From Octopus vulgaris (lineage: Eukaryota): a stretch of DNA of 64,000 nucleotides. Under the pieces are notes generated by a model. That model did no database searches. It was not told where the DNA came from and saw only the letters and a list, made by a program, of their open reading frames with translations. Location: contig OX597832.1 in assembly GCA_951406725.2 (NCBI GenBank), positions 20,584,001-20,648,000 on the forward strand. Reading direction: 5' to 3'. Position 1 is the stretch's first letter; every line of letters starts with the position of its first letter. Below are positions 57,926 to 64,000 of this stretch, piece after piece. Position numbers and translations under genes: made by a program.

Positions 57926-58726
57926 ATATTTATGTATGTATGTGAGTGTATGTTCGTGAGTGAGTGTGTGTGTGCGTGTGTGTGCGCATGTGTATAACTT
58001 TGATTCCCATGTATCTTCCTTACAACCGTCGTATTATAACATCTAAATGTGGCGGAATGATCTAGATCTATGTGAATCGAGATACATTTTCACAGCCATT
58101 AAACAACAGTTATCTCTACTTGAAGATATCGCATAGTGTTACTATTACACAACACAATGCCTACTGAATCGCATTATAAACCGAAGTGTTTTTGTGTCGG
58201 CCCTGATCAGTTGAAATGTTACACCGATGGGTGGTCTGCTGGATTTTCTAGGAGGCGGAGAGTCTGCCCGAGATAATTTATCGTTAGGAAAGCAGCGGTA
58301 AAGAACTTCTCAATGAATTTGTTTACAACATCTCTCTTCTCTATGCATGTATCTATTTACAAGCTATAGTTTAATGGCCGATCAAATTTGTTTTCGCCTC
58401 TCTCTCACTCATTCCCTCTCTCTCTATTTATCTATCTATCTTGCATCTTGCTCATTTTATCTCTCGTTGTGTGCTTATATATGCGTGTTTGTATGTGTAT
58501 TGGTGTATTTATGTATGTAAGTATGTATACATATATGTATATGCATATATATATACATATACATACATATATATGTGTGTGTACATGTGTGCATCTATGT
58601 GTGTGTGTCTTCTTTTATTGTTTTATAAGTTTCAGCCCTAACAGTGTAGCCATGCTGCAGCACCGCCAGTGAAAAGCAGGTGGAGGTACTTTTCACAATT
58701 TGCTGGTTGCTCCTCACTAAAAGTGC

Positions 58727-58783
<57 letters not shown>

Positions 58784-58789
58784 TATATA

Positions 58790-58915
58790 CCAGTGTTATC
58801 CAAGGGAAATGTAAAGGGCGATACAGCTTGGCACTTGTGATGTCGCAACTCATTTCTACATTTCAGTGAACAGGGGGAAAGTGAAATAAAGTATATTGCA
58901 CAAAAACACAACACG
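58790..58915 (-). mobile_element. SINE family E fragment
   Basis: ttatccaaggg...cagcttggcac..gtgatgtcgcaactcatttctaca matches 63110-63170. Confidence 0.7.
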
Positions 58916-59069
58916 GTATGGTATGATTTAGGTCCATCATTGTTTGAATTACATAATAATGTTTTTTCTCTAAAATATATATAGAGAGAGATAGATAGAG
59001 AGAGAGAGAGCGAGATAGAGATAGAGAGAGAGAGATGGAGATACGATGAAGAGAGACAGAAAGACAAAC

Positions 59070-59155
<86 letters not shown>

Positions 59156-60047
59156 TTACAGTGATAGGAAATAAAAATGCCATTGTTGTTGAGACGGACA
59201 ACATGCAAATGCTATATATGAAATGTGTATGGAATCTGTGAACGGTGCCACTCAATATCGTGAAGATGAAATTCTTGCAATAATCATCTCGTATTATATA
59301 AATGTCATTCGGTAACGAGAGAAAGTGAGAAGGGGGGTCAGGACAGAGAGATGCAGGAAGAGACTGACAGAAATAGAGAACATAAAAGTGAGAAGAAGAG
59401 AGAAAGACGATGTAATTCAACAGCCAGATCTACACGGGTCTTTGAAGCCATTGTTACGATTTAATAATACATATCTTACGTTATATGAATGTTCTTTGTT
59501 TAGTTCATAAACATAATCGCTGCTCTTAAATTTAATTATAAAACATGCATATATGCATACATATATAAACAGATATATATACATATATATATATATGTAC
59601 ACGTACACATATATATACATACATATATATATATATATATGTACACGTACACAGAGATTTAGATATTGATAGTTTAGAGTGTGTGTATGTATGTATTTGC
59701 GTGTTTGTGTATGTGTCTGTACTAAGGGCATCCGGTGGCAAGAAAAAAGCCGACCTATCTTTCATATGAAGGCCAAAAAAAGAGAGAAACAAATGCCAGA
59801 AACACGAAAGAAAGATGTTGTCTCTCATGAATGTTTTCTTCATTTAACCAAATTCATTTAACCAAATTCTGTATTTGCTGATAGTCTCAGGTTTTTCTCC
59901 ATATTCTCTTCCCATTTTGAATTTATTTTATACTTTCAAAATAACAGATGTATATCTGTATGCAAACATAAATGCATTAACACACACATACACACACACA
60001 CACATACACACACACACACATACACACACACACTCTTCTACATAGAT

Positions 60048-60084
<37 letters not shown>

Positions 60085-60360
60085 CACACAAACACATGCA
60101 TATATACATATATATATATGCATATATATTTATATATAGAGAGAGGGACAGAGATAAATAGATATAGACATACATAGACATACATATATAGATATATATC
60201 CATATATGTATGTATATTATATAGATATAGATACACATGGACATATATATGTATGTGTTTATATACATATGCATATATATGTAGATATATATAGATATAC
60301 ATACATATATATATATAGAAATATATATATATATATATAAATATATATATATAGGAAATG

Positions 60361-60435
<75 letters not shown>

Positions 60436-60810
60436 ATATGTACGTGTGTGTATGTTTATCTGTACTTTTATATGTGCATCTGTAATCAATGTTGTTGTTT
60501 GATGTTTTAGATGTTGTTTGCATCCATCTTGTTTAACATTTGTACATGCGCAAAATAGCGACTATTTTTGATTTCTCCATTGACCCAGTGGATGAATGCA
60601 GCTAATTTACGTAAAATGACAAATTTATTATTCGTTTCTTCCATACATATATATATATAAACACATAATCGCACGCACGAGAAACGCATATATGTATGCA
60701 TAAACATACGCATGCATTTAAACACACACACATAAACACCCAACATATACACACCTATATATGCATATATTTATATGTATATGTATATGTATGATATGCA
60801 CACACCCGCA

Positions 60811-60988
<178 letters not shown>

Positions 60989-61388
60989 GCATATGAGAGA
61001 GCATAACAGAGAGAGAGAGCGATGGAGATCATACAAACATATGCTTGTGTGCATGCTCCTACGACTGATTGCGTGAGTGTGTGTATATGTGTATGTGTGT
61101 GTGTGTGTGTGTGTGTGTTTGTGGTTGTGTGTGTGTAATTATGTAGCCTGTTTGTGTGTAGGAATATGCTTATAACTGTTTTTGTATAGACAACACATAG
61201 AAGTGCCTGGAGTAAAACTGGTGTCTTGGACGAAAATCATTACAGTAATAGTCTTTAGTAAAAAAAAAATAACAAGCAGCATAATAGTAATCTGCAATAA
61301 ATAATAATAGCATAAATAATAGTGGCATGAACAATAATGATAATAATAATAACAATAATAACAATAATAATAATAATAATAATAATAA

Positions 61389-61419
<31 letters not shown>

Positions 61420-61613
61420 AAGAAGAAGAGGAAGGAGAAGAAGAGGAAGAAGTAGAAGGAGGAGAAGAAGGAGAGTACTGTTGATCCAGTTGTCATTTGC
61501 TTATTGAAATCCTTAAAACATAATCACGCATAACTAATTGTGTGTTTATTGTACTCAGCAATGCCTTCTCGTAAGGCCTCACACAAAGGAAAATATGTAT
61601 AATTATGGACATA

Positions 61614-61676
<63 letters not shown>

Positions 61677-61740
61677 AGTATATAAAGATCTATGTTCATG
61701 TATGTGTTTGAGTGTGTATCTCTGTGTGTTTGTAAGCATA

Positions 61741-61821
<81 letters not shown>

Positions 61822-62237
61822 TATGTATGTATTAGGCAGGCATAGCGGTAGATGAAACAGCTGAAGAGAACAGCGAATCGATTCTATATTGTGTTGTGCT
61901 TCTCTGTGGCACAGTAAATAAACAAGAATGGAGGAATAAAAGATCAAAAGAATGAAGGTTTAAGTTATGAAAAAAAAAATACAACACAAGATTGAGAGCA
62001 TAGAACAAATAGCAACTTGTGGATTTATAAGATACAGTAGGTATAATACACATACAGAAAAGTCAAATGCATATATTTGTGATGATATATTTGGAAATAT
62101 TGTTACTTAGAAAATACTTCACAACTGATGAAGCCTCAACACGAAATGATAAACACGTACTTATAAGTATACGTACGTATATATAAATACATACACACAT
62201 ACATATATAGATATATATATATATTTACATATGTACA

Positions 62238-62294
<57 letters not shown>

Positions 62295-62311
62295 GTATAT
62301 ATATGTATATA

Positions 62312-62520
62312 TACTCTTTTACTTGGTTCTGTAATTTGATTGTGGCCATGCTGGAGCACCGCCTTTAGTCGGTCGAGCAAATCGACCCCCCAGGACTTAT
62401 TCTTTGTAAGCCTAGCACTTATTCTATCGATATCTTTTGCCGAACCGCTAGGCTACGGTGACGTAAACACACCAGCATCGGTTGTCAAGCGATGCTGGAG
62501 GACAAACACAGGCACACAAA
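62312..62520 (-). mobile_element. SINE family A 3' half
   Basis: gccatgctggagcaccgcctttagtcg...cttttgccgaaccgcta...accagcatcggttgtcaagcgat. Confidence 0.9.
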
Positions 62521-62564
62521 CATATACATATACACATACATACATACATACATACATACATACA

Positions 62565-62597
<33 letters not shown>

Positions 62598-62614
62598 GTA
62601 TATATGTATAGATT

Positions 62615-62650
<36 letters not shown>

Positions 62651-62659
62651 TAGATAGAT

Positions 62660-62719
<60 letters not shown>

Positions 62720-62754
62720 ACAAAGGGTACGTACGTCGCGATATATATATGTAA

Positions 62755-62872
62755 GAAATACAAATGGGACAAGAACGCAAAACATCCAAATAGACGATAC
62801 AAAATATAAGAACGGGTCATTCGAAGCTTCTAATCTTCAGTCAAGAACCGGATCATCCTCGCAATTTCGACA
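62755..62872 (-). mobile_element. Family HE copy
   Basis: aaatacaaatgggacaagaacgcaaaacatcc...cattcgaagcttctaatcttcagtcaagaaccggatcatcc. Confidence 0.8.
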
Positions 62873-62921
62873 CTTATATATACATGCATACATACACACA
62901 TATATATAGGTGTATGTATAC

Positions 62922-62989
<68 letters not shown>

Positions 62990-63291
62990 ACCCTTTTGTT
63001 CATGAATGACTAGAAAGTTTCCCTATAAGGCACACATCCAAGCAAGTTTGTTTATAGAAGACCAGTAGTCACCCATGCATAACATCTTCCCTTCTCAGCG
63101 CTGCTGATATTATCCAAGGGATATCGTCAATCCAGCTTGGTACCAGTGACGTCACAACTCATTTCTACAGCTGAGTGGGCTGGAGCAATGTGAAATAAAG
63201 TGTCTTGCTCAAGAACACAATATGCAGCCCGGTCCAGGAATCGAACTCGTCATTGTGAGCCCGACGCTCTAACCACTGAGCTATGTCCTCA
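62990..63291 (-). mobile_element. tRNA-derived CORE-like SINE family E
   Basis: Minus strand tagctcagtggttagagcgtcgggctcacaat (A box), gagttcgattcctggacc (B box), gttcttgagcaagacactttatttc (CORE-like). Confidence 0.8.
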
Positions 63292-64000
63292 TAGGCAAAT
63301 CCACGTGCGCGCACACATCTTTATGCACATTTTACATCCTGTTTTTCTGGTGCATTCAACCGTCGAAAATTTAAATTTCAAGGATAGAAATATAAGACAT
63401 TTTTTATATAATTTTCCATCTCGTCACTTCAATTGCTTCTTCAAGCGATGCCTGTTCCTTTATCTGCTGTCGCTGTTTTGCATGTAGATAAAGTAGGTAT
63501 TTAGGGGATTACGAATACAAGTGACGCTTACAATGCTTGAGGCAAAATGAAACCATCCAAAGTTCGTCCCCAAATCTTCTATCCGATCGAATTAATTCTT
63601 CTATCACGGATTTTCCATGCAATCGGTCGAAGATTCTCATCAAATAGTAATGTCTCCATCGTACCAACATTTCCATGTCTTATTCTCTGAAGTTATAACC
63701 AGGAGCTTCGAACTTTTCTCTGATTCATTACTCGGAGTGTCATTTATAGCGAGATACAGCGATCTCGAAAGCCCAGATGTCCCAGGGTCACTTGCGTGAA
63801 TGAATCGAGTATGTACGATTATATATTCATCGTAAAAGGGAAGTTATTTTCTTGTGACAAAGCACAAGAGTGATTTTCATATTCACGTCCCAATCTGTTT
63901 GAACGTATTGAGAATGAAATTTGCAACTCAACTTTGTTTCCCTTGCATTTTAAACACTACCTGAATTTGTTTTAGTCAAAATATTACTAGTTAAGTTTTC

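Noticed and set aside
62120-62160. CTGATGA agcctcaacac GAAA
   Set aside because: Stem II is unpaired and there is no stem I or III.
63640-63845. Minus-strand IHASDPGTSGLSRSLYLAI, faintly like a cadherin repeat
   Set aside because: Short, bounded by stops, and lacking DRE and DxNDN motifs.

Overview
This is an AT-rich, microsatellite-saturated eukaryotic intergenic or intronic window with long (TA)n, (CA)n, (GATA)n, (AAT)n, (TTC)n and (GAT)n runs. I found no convincing host protein-coding exon, and almost all ORFs in the track are translations of simple repeats. The repeat repertoire resembles a coleoid cephalopod (octopus) genome; this is inference. Contents: at least five tRNA-derived SINE families in dozens of copies; relics of an L1/Tx1-type LINE, a Dong/R4-type LINE and a mariner; Helitron-like non-autonomous elements; a MITE-like fold-back; and a probable solo LTR. 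The most notable signal is a set of several unrelated short (about 150-250 bp) elements embedded in (TA)n tracts. They carry minimal type-I hammerhead ribozyme motifs (CUGANGA...GAAAC..GUA with stems I and II and a palindromic stem III), one of them within a perfect 118-bp fold-back. This fits Penelope-like or retrozyme-type mobile RNAs targeting TA microsatellites. A second clear signal is that one SINE family shares its 3' tail with the Tx1/L1-type LINE relic in the same window.
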